DNA of 64,000 bases from the human T2T-CHM13v2.0 reference genome, Homo sapiens. The DNA lies in NCBI RefSeq assembly GCF_009914755.1, contig NC_060930.1. One strand, given 5' to 3'. Each line of letters opens with the position of its first letter. Positions within the stretch are counted from its first letter, which is position 1. The translations under genes were made by a program, and so were the position numbers. Of the stretch, positions 24,718-37,109 are shown piece after piece. The notes below the pieces were generated by a model. That model saw only the letters and a list, made by a program, of their open reading frames with translations. It searched no databases and was not told the DNA's origin.

Positions 24718-24821
24718 TTATACGTGTTTAAAATAGTTGTTGCTATACATTTAAAAAATCGTTGATTCTCTATGTCTAAGTCTTGGTTAGTAATCAAACC
24801 CAAATTATAAAATTGTACTGT

Positions 24822-24976
24822 GGCCGGGCGCTGTGGCTCACGCCTGTAATCCCAGCACTTTGGGAGGCTGAGGCAGGCGGATCACCTGAGGTCCGGAGTT
24901 TGAGACCAGCCTGACCAACATGGAGAAACCCCATCTCTACTGAAAATACAAAATTAGCTGGGCATGGTGGCACATG
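24822..24976 (+). mobile_element. AluSp-like, 3'-truncated
   Basis: Intact 5' end and left arm, including 'ccaacatggagaaacccc'. It stops about 20 bp into the right arm and has no poly-A. Confidence 0.93.
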
Positions 24977-25699
24977 TCATCTTATGGCAAGTTTCCATAT
25001 AGTAATTAATTTTTTGTTGTTATTAATTGTCCTATGTATCTTCTATAATTTTTTAAGTAATATATATTATTTTTCAAATAATTTGCAAAGCAACACATAC
25101 TTACTTTTGATTTTTAAGCAACATTAGTATTGTTTTAAATTCATTACCACTCTACCATTTAGAGGCAATTATTATTTTGTGTTGATACACTTTCTTTCAG
25201 ACCTTTTATTTTTACATTTAACATTATACTGCTTCTGTGTGTGTGTGTTTTCATGGAACAATTTCGAGGTCATTCTCTGGATGAAAGTGGTGACTTCTTG
25301 TATAGATCATTTAATCCCTATTTTTGAGGGGTTTAACAAACTGTGACACACTTCACCTAAAACACAGGCACTCAGTATGATCTCATCATTGTTTTATCTC
25401 CTTCTAGAGATTCACATCAAAAATATATGAGAGAACAATAGGTAATAGTATCTGGAGCACCTGCGAGTTCAAGTGAAAATAGACGCTTTGGTGTTTCTGT
25501 ATTTTATTTGATCCTGAAATCACAATGACCATACTGTTGTACTTATTATTGATGGAATGAAAAGCATGCAAAATAAAATGCTGCATTTCATATTTGGCAG
25601 TAACTTTTGCGAGAGGAAGCTATCTACTAAGAAGTTGTATCATGTATGAGTTTTCTACCAGAGAAATGTTAGTCTGCCATTTATTTCAGAGATATTTGA

Positions 25700-25925
25700 A
25701 CCTAGTGTTAAAAGTAAAGGATGTGGGACAGGTTCAAATTCTCCGTCTGCTAGTCACTAGCGGTGTGACCTCAGGCACTTTCTAACCAGTGTGTGCCTCA
25801 GTTTCTTCATCTATTAAATGGCATAATTATTAAACTAAGTTCCTAGGGTTATTGTGAAGACTCAGTGATTTAAAATATATAGAAGAGTACCTGAAGCAGC
25901 AAATAAGCTTAGCTTAGCTATTCAT
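25700..25925 (+). mobile_element. MIR
   Basis: Contains 'gtgtgacctcaggcac...gtgcctcagtttcttcatctattaaatgg...tagggttattgtgaagact'. Confidence 0.8.
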
Positions 25926-26329
25926 TACTAAAATGAGATCACAGTTTTGGAGGGAGATTAAAAAAATAATTTTACTTTTCTTCCTGGTTTCCATTGAAAC
26001 AGAGGCTTTTTATTTTATTTTATTTTATTTTATTTTCTTGACGAAAGGACTCGTCTAATCTACGGTAGCACTGGTTCATATGATACATGTAATGCATCCA
26101 ATTTGAAGTAAGCTTTCAAATTCCAACACTATGCAATTGGGAGAAGCCTTGGATGATATTCATACTGTTTTCCTAAGGATTTTAATTAAATTGGCTCTTC
26201 TTTTTCATCCTTGCAGAATCTTCAGAAAAATATCTCCTTTTAGCAATCTAAGCACCTCTCTCTCCTTTCTCCCTATGGCTAATTTTCATTTTAATTGTGT
26301 CCTATAGGACATAACTAGAGAGACAGCAT

Positions 26330-26500
26330 GGCCCAGGGCCACATTTCTGCCTTACTGACAAAGTGAGCAATGAAGCTTGAACCAGCTACTGAATCTTTCT
26401 GAGTATCAGTTTGCTCAGCTCTGAAATGAATATGCTAATAATTATTCTTTCTAGCTCACAGAGGTATTGTGATGATCAAATGAAATATGATGAAAGGTAT
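26330..26500 (+). mobile_element. MIR
   Basis: Contains 'tctttctgagtatcagtttgctcagctctgaaatg...ctcacagaggtattgtgatgatcaaatga'. Confidence 0.65.
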
Positions 26501-28714
26501 AAATACAGTATTGTACCAATATATATTTATAGCAATATTGTCACAATCCCATTTTTTTCCACCCACATACATTTACAATTCTAGAAGGGCTACTGGTTTG
26601 TCAATATAGTCCCATGGGGCTGCAGTGACCAGTGGACAGCAGGTTGTTGAGCATGGTACATTTGCCCATGAACAGCTCTTCCAATTGACCGATGCCAAAC
26701 TGACATTCACTGAGGCAACATGGCTCAACAGAGCAATAAGAATGCAGCTCCCTAGTGCAAATAATGGAAAAACATATATGGAAAGAATGGGTGTTTTTCT
26801 AGGTATATGAGGAACAACATCTGGAAAAATTGAGGCAAATGGGCTTTTCCCACTTGGCTTAAATTAATATTGTGATAACCCAGAACTGAATTTCCTTAAT
26901 TATTTAAACACCTCTTTGGTGAGAGACAGTGGCAGAAAGGGCACGGAACATAGTACTTTCCAGAAAATTGTCCTCCTTATTGTTATCCTCCATGCAATGG
27001 GCTTTGCCAGCAAAGTAAGCTGGCTTGATTCAATCAGTAAGGCTATTAGATGGCACAGGCTTAGGAGACTGAAATTTGGTTTCTCTTGCTCAGGGTATAA
27101 TTTCTCCCTGTCAAATTATAGTTTCATGTGGGTTTTGCAAACTGCTATTAGAATCTGGGATCCCTCTAAAATAGTTAAATGTTTTATTTATTTTATTCAT
27201 TTATTGGCTGTGTACATATTGCCCACACACTGGATCAGACCCTGAGACAGGTACTGAAAACACAAAGCAACTTTCATGGGTTTACACTATGGGGTCCATA
27301 GTATTTTTATCCTGCTTATTCCCAAAAGGATTTTGAGTAGTATGTATGATTAACGCCAAAGTAAAAAGAAAGAAAGAGAAACAAAGAGAGAAAGAAAAGA
27401 ATTAAAAATAAAAATGACAAACCATACAATAAAAACACATCTAGAGTTGTTTACCTGCCCCTCCAATGAGCTAATACAATCACTATTCTTTGGAAAGTGA
27501 TATGACTTGTTCTATCTTGCCTCACTAAATAAAAAGAGGTTTAGTTATGTTTACATAGCAAATATTCCAATAAACTCTTCCTCAACACTGCCTTACAAAT
27601 GTTTCTGGAAAGGCAAGGGTTTCTCTGAAACTAAACGTAGGGGAGTCATTGTAATCCTTGTTTTATTACAGAAACATTGTTCAAATAGGCAAATGTGGTA
27701 TTGAACTTTTTAAAAGGCAAGGAGTATATGTGACTCTAACCCAGTCAAGTGGTTTTTGTTTGTTTTTTTGTAGAAGCCTGAAATAATTATGGCTCAGCTG
27801 TTTTTAGGGTCACCTTCTTTCATACAAGGATAAACTTAGACAAACTCATAAATAGATGCTGTATCCTTTGGACAGATTATCTTAAGAAATAATATTCACT
27901 GAGCAAATATATATAGTATTCTTGTAACTTAATCAAACCCTTTAATGGTCTCAGCATGCAGTATGTTTAAAAATCCTTAATGAGTGCTTTTGGATTCATA
28001 GGCTGAGTATGAATTGATGAGTGCTCCAAAAAAGAATCAAATATGGGGAAAAAATTACTAGGCAGATTAGAATTTGAAGGCAATAAAACTCTCTCATTTA
28101 AAAGATAGCGTAAAATAAAATTTATACTCTGAGGATGTCACTGCTCTAGACATTAATCAAATAAATAGTTTGACAAGTCCTGGAAGTCACCAATTAGGAT
28201 GAATACTAAATTATTCAGGTGGCAAGAAGTCTTTTCATGGGTACTTTCATACTTTCATGATGTCAGAAAATTGATCACATATTTTAAAGCAACTACACAA
28301 GCTACACTTACTGAATGTCGACTGATGAAATACCCAGAATCCATGATCTATAGACTGTATAATTAATAAGGGTCGATAATATTTAATGTAGATTCACTAA
28401 GTGACAGAGATATTGCTAAGTGATCTACACAGATAATCTACTCTCTGTTGTTGTAGAAAATGTTGTCTCTTCCCATTCCAGGATCTTGTGTTCCAGAGAT
28501 ACAATTTTTCACCACTGTGCTTATAGGATGAATAAATAATAAATAATATATGATTAATAATAAAAGAATGTAGTCTTTCATTCCCAAAATATTAATTGGT
28601 ATTTACTATTATGTCAGGCACTGCACTAGATGCTAAGCATTAAAGAGCCTCTGCTGTCATGCAACATAAACTTAAACACTTTCATCTAGAATATTCAGCA
28701 CACCCACCCTTAAC

Positions 28715-29325
28715 ATCAGCAGGGCCTGGGGCAGGAGTACAAATGGAAGTCTACAAGCTGTTGTCTGAATATTTAAATGTTACATGTCAAGCTCACAATC
28801 TGTTGAGTAAAATATGTTCTATTCTCCTAGTTTGACAAATATACTTTCATAATGCCCTAGGACAGAATCTTATTTAGAATTCTTGAAATCCTTTGCTGGA
28901 ACATAGAGGTGAGGACCTCTAGGTTCTCTATGGTGTCCCAGCACCCAGCCCCTAACTGGGGTAGGCTTTTCTTCTCACCCTTGGCTTTCTGTCACATCAA
29001 GAGGTGCCTGACATGCTTGCAAGCCCTGACTCTGCCATCATGCCTGCACACAGCCCCCCTTTGTTTATCTCCTAGGCACAAAGGCGATCCCATGAGTGGG
29101 TTTCCCATACTCAGAGGAATAGACCCTGGAAGAGACTCACAGGGCCCTGGAAACAGGCTTAGGACACTGGGTGAGAATGTTCAATTCTTGGGTATCCAAG
29201 CACAGTTTTGAATGAGGAGGGTCTGGGCTTTTGGTGACCATGCGGTGTTAGTTCCACAAACTCCTACTCTAGGGGGGCAGGAGAGGGGCTCCCAGTAATG
29301 TGGGTGTCAGGTGGAGGCAAGGGTG
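28715..29325. mobile_element. MER115 (hAT-Tip100/Zaphod-derived)
   Basis: Contains 'ggggcaggagtacaaatggaag...aaaatatgttctattctcctagtttgacaaatatactttcataatg', followed by a GC-richer distal half. Confidence 0.75.
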
Positions 29326-29386
29326 GGATGTCTATTTCCTAATTCTAAGAATGATAAACGCTGTGTGTAAATAAAAGCTAACCATC

Positions 29387-29753
29387 TGTATTAGTTTACT
29401 TTCATACTGCTATGAAGAAATACCTGAGACTGGATAACTTATAAAAAAAAAAAAGGGGGAGTTTAATGGACTCACAGTTCCACATGGCTGGGGAGGCCTC
29501 ACAATCATGGTGAAAGGCGAAGGAGGAGCAAAGTCGCGTCTTACATGTTGGCAGGCAAGAGAGACTTTGCACGGGAACTGCCCTTTACAAAACCATCAGA
29601 TCTCATGAGACTTATTCACTATCATGAGAATAGAATGGGAAAAACCCACTCCCGTGATTTAACTACCTCCCATGTCCCTCCCGTGACACATGGGGATTAT
29701 GGGAGCTACAGTTCAAGATGAGATCTGGATGGGGACACAGCCAAACTATATCA
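29387..29753 (-). mobile_element. THE1 (C/D-like) solo LTR
   Basis: Runs from 'tgtattagt' to 'cagccaaactatatca' with a perfect 5-bp TSD ccatc. Confidence 0.95.
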
Positions 29754-30139
29754 CCATCCCAGTAATTTCCTTAGCATACTGTGTGGGCTACCTACCTGTA
29801 GCTCACCCCTTAGCTTTACCCATAATGACCTCTTGCAAGAACACCAAAAAACACTGGAACTTTCTGGAGTGTGCAAAAGGACTCCATTCACCATCCATCT
29901 CTCACTCTATTAACTCCTGCTCAAATGCTAGGCTTCCATTCTGCACAATCCAGCCCCAAAAGCCTAATAAGAAAAGGACCACCATTCAAACACCAGGAGA
30001 GTTACACCTTTGTTTCCCTCCGTGCTAACATTTCCTCTCCATGTGCCACTGTCTCCTGCTTTTATTTATAAATGTCCTCAATATTAATTTATAAATATTC
30101 ACTGATAAATATTCTCAATACTAAAAGTCACGTGTTCTT

Positions 30140-30491
<352 letters not shown>

Positions 30492-31142
30492 TTAGCTAAT
30501 GTTCAAGAGGCTGATATTTAAGACATTCTCTGTCAAATTTTAGTCCTTAAAGTATTTTGGAGAATAGAGTCTCCCAAAGCCAAATGTGGTTGTTTTGCCA
30601 TTCCTATGCACACACTTTCATTTTTTTTGTATCATAACAAATTTTGCAAACTAAGTTGGAATGATAGCATTCCCTGAACATAGTTTGATCATCATTAATA
30701 ATTTTTATTTGGTGACTTTCTGTGAGAATATAAAATGGAATAATATATATACTATATAATAGAAAAATATATATGGAAATTTGCATTATGTCTGTTAAAT
30801 AATCAGCACTATTAAAGGATTACTATCACTATTTTTAATATTATTTTAATTCTTCTGTAAGAAGTAACAGGAAGCTCTAGTCAGATAAAAAAATTCAGGT
30901 CAATAAACCACAGACTTTCCAGCTTTAGTAGTAAATATTCTCTTGAACTCATTTTATAATTGACGTCAATTCAGAAATAATTTTATTCTTATATTATTCT
31001 TAGGCTGCTTAATTCTATTCTATTCAGCATCTAACCTTTGTTCTCATGATGCTCCATAAATTAATCCTTTTGGATCATGAATTAGCAAGCCTCCAAAATA
31101 AAGTGACAGGTTAATTAAATTATGCAAGGAAAATGGCTTTCC

Positions 31143-31475
<333 letters not shown>

Positions 31476-32964
31476 CAGAAAACGGTTTTCAATTCTACAT
31501 CCCAACAGAGAGGAGAGGGACATTGAAAATTTATGATTACATCAAGTCTACTAAGTGTTCTTCTCTGCATTTTCTATCATTGCCTCATAACAGTTCTAGG
31601 TCTAACGACAGAGCAATCACTCTAAATTTTAATGATATGAATATCATCAAATTTGGCCTGGTAAAGCCATATAAACTCCATCAATAAGAATTTTACAAGC
31701 AAAACCTTCTCAATGAAAATGCTAAGGTCAGGGAATATTTTCATAGGAGTTTATCTCATTAGAGATGTCATTTTCTTAATTTGCACCACACATCTTATGG
31801 GCAATCTGGCCAGGTGAATAATTATATATTCACACACACTTGAGACACTTTCTTTGGGAATAAAGTATATTTTTAAATAGTGATTTCTTACCATTTTCCT
31901 CTATTAGTTTGATTGTTGTTAAGAATATTATTGCCTCTGTGAGAAGAACTAGAGTAGTTTGGTCATAACAGCAGATATAATGAATAAATCATGCATCCCT
32001 CGTAGATTTTAGCATGCATTTTAGATTTCTGAGAGGATTATTTGAAAACCAAAACAAAAATAAGGAAGCAAGAATGCAGTTGTTCAAATACAGTGATCAT
32101 GAAAATAACCACTGGTTCATGAGTCTCAGCCCCTAAGGAAACCTCTTCATTCTTAATGAGAATCCATGTGCCTCAGGTAGATTTAATGCACTTTGCCTTT
32201 TTCTTTCTCTTTTCATTTTTCATCAGCAAAGGATTTATATTTATAGATAATTAGGTGATGTCAGCCATAGGCAACTTTGTGAAGTTTTCTTTTCTGAGAT
32301 ATTTCCAAAATGTTTCCTGTCTATGATACTTTCTCTTCCCTAAGAAATTCTCTCTCTTTGTTTCTCTTTGCCCCAAGCACCCACACGCTAGCCCATTGCT
32401 TTTTGTTATTGGGGAAAGCAGTTAATCTTCCAGGCGTATTTGCAGACTCTGAAAAGACCTTGGGCAGGAAATGTCTTACATGACGGAAAGCATTAATAAA
32501 TGTAGAAAGGCAGCCCTCCTGGATAAGCAAGCAGGAGGACATTTCTGGGGAAATAATGGCTATCAGGATGCTGGCTGAAGAAGTTACAGGGGAGGCAGCA
32601 GCCAGGTCTTGATGATGAAATCTGAAGCACCAGCCTGGGTCTGCTTTTACCTTGACGGACTCATTGATTCACACAACTCCTGCATGCTGAAAGCAAGGCT
32701 TGTGGTATGGGGAAATTACAAACTGTTCCCTTGTATGCATATTATCATTTAAAACAAAATTATTTTAAAAAACATTTCTTATTACTTGAACACTGTGAAA
32801 TGCTTAATCATTAGCTGAATTTAGGGATTTGATGATTTTTTCTCCCTCTACCCAGAGGCTGTTGGTCTTGATAGAATAAAAGGAATGATGATTAGAAATT
32901 TAATTATGGTTCCAGTTTAAAGTTAATGTTTTAGGAGGTTGTGGTCCTGAAGTGAAGAACACAA

Positions 32965-33160
32965 TCTAAGCTCCTTGGGATGACATAAAACGCCCATTGT
33001 GACCTGATCCTTGTTCATTTCTAACCCTATTTCTTGCTGTACTCACGTATAAATCATTTTCCAGCCACACTAAATCCCTTGTAGTTTTATAATACATGAT
33101 GCTTTCTTTTACCTTTGCACAGAGTTTCCACTGATTCCCATGGTGTTCTTCACTTGAAGA
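32965..33160 (+). mobile_element. L2 fragment
   Basis: Contains 'ccagccacactaaatccctt...cctttgcacagagtttcc'. Confidence 0.5.
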
Positions 33161-34144
33161 ATCTGATCTTTGTAACAAAGCATAAGTATATGGACTTCGG
33201 AGTGATTTCCCTGATCTTACTCTTATGAGTGTTAAGTATGTATATGTATGAGTGTATACAGTTCACATATATATGAAAAATCTTTACAGATACTGTTAGT
33301 TTGTGTTTCTGTCAAGTCAAGAAGTCAAATAAATTCTGTTTATATGGGAAACTTTTACCTAATAGTTTTGTTTTTTTTTTACCTAAAAAATGTCAGAAAT
33401 TTTTAAAATTTCTGAAATAAAGTTTTCATAACTATTCAAATAGTTCAAATTAGTCTACTAGGCTGCCAGACACAAGTTGACATTTGCATTCCTATGCACA
33501 TGAAAAAAAATCAGTTAACAGATTAATTTTGAGTGATTCTAATCATCCTACTTTGGATAAGGTCCAAATAGTCACTCATGACCCATGGAATGCAACATGT
33601 ACAGAACATTCACTTATTAGTCTAACTAGGGAGAAGAGTCATCTCAATTATGAAAGTCAAACTTATCTAATATTTCAAATAAAGTGTTTTTTTTACCTTA
33701 GGGCATATAAATTAATTTAAATTGTGCTCACTGGAAATTGAATGCCCAAGACCCCATTTTTTAAATGTGTGAGAGTAATTAACTGGTGCATCAAATATTT
33801 GTATGTATATTGATGGACATGTCTGAATCACTGACAGTATTTATAAAGTTTACTTTCAATCTTGTGACAACCCAGACTACCTTCCATTTTATGCACCTAT
33901 CTAATGCTTAGCCAGCTACATGCAATGTTGCTCCTATTTTTCCCATCTGGAGTTTATTTTCCCCATCCCGTATAATTCCTTGCCATCCAGCTTGAAGTCT
34001 CCATAGCCCTATGTCAATATTTTAGTTGTGTAGCATTCAAACAACTTTTTTATTTGGAAAGAATCCCTCTTGATATAAATCTTGATGAGAAACAATGTCC
34101 TGCTTTCTATTAAGACATCAACAAAGTCAGTCAACGGTTTGATT

Positions 34145-34456
34145 CTGTATCCAGAAACAGCTGGCCCTAGCAAAATGAGAGAAAGAAGGATTGCCACTTT
34201 TATTATGATGCCAGCTTGGAGACAATGTCATGAGGATGGTGGTGCAGAACTGCTGGATGTGTTAGATGCTCTGAACCAGCAAAGTATGGAGTAGTCAGTT
34301 TCATGTCAGAATAAATGTGTTCAGAAAACAATGATCCACTCAAAATATTTACTTCCTATTCTTGCAACTTTGGATTTCTGGATTTTTGGAGTGTTAATAT
34401 TCAAGGAAGAATTGTTTATCCCAGTGGATACAACAATTATTCCTTAGATTTGGAAT
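34145..34456 (+). mobile_element. ERVL internal fragment (integrase C-terminus / dUTPase region)
   Basis: YPETAG and LDALNQ resemble the ERVL integrase motifs HPEAAG and YALNQ. 'cccagtggatacaacaattattccttagatttggaa' resembles ERVL PPGDTTMIPLNWK. Confidence 0.7.
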
Positions 34457-34459
34457 GAA

Positions 34460-34869
34460 ATGGTTTTGCAGGTGGGTTTCCCCAGGAAGCAGAATACGAG
34501 ATGGGGCTTAGCATACAGGTTTATCTGGGAGTGTTCTGGAAAGCCACACCTGTGTAAGGGAAGGAACAGGAAGCAGGACCTGGCAGAGGGGAAAGTCACA
34601 CTGTGTTGTAGCTTCAAAAGAAGCCTCAGCTGGCCCTATAGGTAGCTAAGCTCGGTTGATCCTTTAACATTGCCCTAAATTGGGTAAGAAGAGGGTCAGT
34701 CGTTTACACCTGTGAGGCAATCAGTTATTGGATGTGGACCACCCTGAAAGGGGTGTGAAGTCCAGTGAGAAGGCTCTCTTTAGTGGAGGCAATCCCCAAA
34801 GCAGCTAGATTTTTGGGTCTTTCATTCCAGAAGAGAGATTGGGACAGTCCATCAAAATGTCCAACACAG
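34460..34869 (-). mobile_element. LTR16A-like solo LTR inserted in ERVL internal sequence
   Basis: Runs from 'gggtttccccaggaagcagaatacgagatgg' through 'cagttattggatgtgg' to 'tgtccaacaca'. Confidence 0.8.
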
Positions 34870-35019
34870 ATGGCTGACAGTCATTACGAAGCTCATGCTA
34901 TGGAAAAAAAAAAGTGAACGATAAAATTTTAATCTTAAATAAAACAAGAATTAAACTTAACTATTAGGTGGCCAAAGATGACTGTTTCACCAAGGGGAAT
35001 GGAGGGAGGATTTACGGAA

Positions 35020-35147
35020 CTGAGAAAGCCTCTGGGGTACTAGTCCTACCGTGTTCAGTGGAAAAAGCTAACAGAAGACTACTAGTTACACAAAAATGGA
35101 ACAACAAAGACGAAGATCCTTCCAGAATAAAACTTGGAATCACCCAG
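35020..35147 (+). mobile_element. ERVL internal fragment, continuation
   Basis: 'gatccttccagaataaaacttggaatcaccc' resembles ERVL 'gacccttcaggaatgaaggtttgggtcaccc'. Confidence 0.55.
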
Positions 35148-35149
35148 CG

Positions 35150-35281
35150 GGCTTCTTAAAATTCAGATGGCTAAGCCCTATGTGCAAAGGTTGCAATGCA
35201 TTAGGGATGGGTTGTGGTTGGAGAATTTCCATTTCTAACCAGTTCCCAGATGATGATGATGCTGTTGGCCTAGGGAGACCT
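35150..35281. mobile_element. MER5A fragment
   Basis: Contains 'gagaatttccatttctaaccagttcccagatgatgatgatgctgttggcc'. Confidence 0.75.
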
Positions 35282-35484
35282 GGTGGCACAGAGTGGCTCT
35301 GTATTAGAGACTGTTGAAGTGAAGTTGGGACAGGTCTAGAGATGGAAGGGATTCTAGTCCTGGAGTTGGGTGGCTGTAATTTTTGACAATACAAATAATA
35401 GTTACATTAGACAAGAGCTTCTTATTTTAAAGTATTAGTATGGGGATAAAGGTGAAAATGCAGCTAGGAAGCCAACCATAGTAA

Positions 35485-36053
35485 CATATTTTGGAATATT
35501 TGACATTTTTCCTACCCAAACTTCAATCCTCTTTCTTGTTTCAAGGGAACTCCCTTGTGCAAGTCTTAGTAGAATAGGGAGTTTCATTTCTCACTGTGGA
35601 AACCGAACGAAACCAGCCAGGCTTGCCCTCTCCCTCCCCCTTGAGACCTGGAAAATGAACTGTCTTTTAGCTTGGCTGTTCGGATATACCTGCCTGAGAC
35701 TTTGAAGCTTGTGGGAGTGATCCAAAGTGCACAGGACTGTCAGAATTGGTCTGATTGATGTGAGACAGTCTATGAGTGACTCTGCCAGGCTGAGGTTCAT
35801 TCATTCATGGAGGCAGTGTCCCCAGAAGCAATTATGGCTTAGAGAAATGATGATCTGGTGGCTTCTTGGTCAGATTTTTGCTGCTGCATGGTCTTAGGAA
35901 CCATCTTGTTTCCTGTCTGTCTTCCCAGACTTGCCATCCATTTTTTCCACCACTTCTGACAGCCCCTTTATGTTCCCTCAATAATTCCCCATTTCAGTTA
36001 AGCAAGCTTGAGTTGGACTCTGAAGTTTGCAACCAAGAGACTTGACTGACACA
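35485..36053 (+). mobile_element. Old ERVL LTR (LTR33/LTR50-like)
   Basis: The 3' end is 'ttaagcaagcttgagttggactctgaagtttgcaaccaagagacttgactgacaca'. The 5' boundary is approximate. Confidence 0.65.
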
Positions 36054-37031
36054 CTCTCCTTTGTCCAGAGAGATGTTAACATAGAGCTAGCCAGTCATGC
36101 TTCCAATTCTCATAGAGATTAATTCCAGCTGGATTAATGTTGAAGAGTTATTTCTGAATGAGTTTATAGAACTGTATTAAATGCCTTTCATTTTGTTGTA
36201 TTTTGTTTCTCCTCTTAGTTTGTGAGCTCCTTGCACATTAGAACTGTCATTTCGTCTTTTATTCTCTACAATCAACTAGCAAAACATTTGAATATGCATG
36301 AATTTGGAAGAAGGAGGGGTATCTGCTTGCCTCTGCATAAATGTCACCTCCTTAGAGACTCATTTCCTCACCATCTCTAGCCAGCCCAATGCTAGTCAAC
36401 TGTCTTTCATTATCCAGGTGTTTCTTTCTTTGAAACTTTTATCGCTCTATTAAATTGTATTGTTTATATATTTGTTAACGTATTTATCTCTATCCTGTCT
36501 TAAATGTGTGCTCAATGAGAGCAGCATCCTTCACTGTAGATCAATCTGTCTGGACAAAAGATTTAAACAGCTCCCTGGTTTCAATAAAATTCTATCCACA
36601 CAAAGTATTTTGAGTTTGGCTACAGTGACCAAACAGGGAGAGTCGTAAGAAATAATCACATTTTTTCAAAGCACAGCCATTTACCATGTCAATGGCTAAG
36701 TCTCTCCCTCTTTTTTTCTCCCTTTCCTCTTTTTTTCTTCCCAAGGAGGGTAACAAAGTCTTCTCTTTGCCTAATGCACAATATTTAGAAATCATCCTTT
36801 AAAGCCTGAGCAGACTGCAGGATCCTATTCTTTACCTTTATTTGTCTATCAAAGTGTTTCTTTCAAAATCACTTTTCCTAGAAAAAAAGGGAAAACAATT
36901 TCTCTAGCTTGATACATTACTGTCTAAATTCTGTCTTTTCCTGTATTACTTTTGTCACAAATTCAAAATTAGTGGAATCAAAGTGTGTATGTTTATACCA
37001 AAGCCTGTGAGTGAACACTGAGGGAAAGATA

Positions 37032-37109
37032 TTAGGTTGGTGCAAAACGATTGTGGTTTTACCATTATTTTGAATGGCAAAAACGGCAATTACTTTTGCA
37101 CCAACTTAA
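37032..37109. mobile_element. MADE1 (Hsmar1-derived MITE)
   Basis: Palindrome of about 80 bp from 'ttaggttggtgcaaaa' to 'ttttgcaccaacttaa', with TA-type flanks. Confidence 0.95.
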
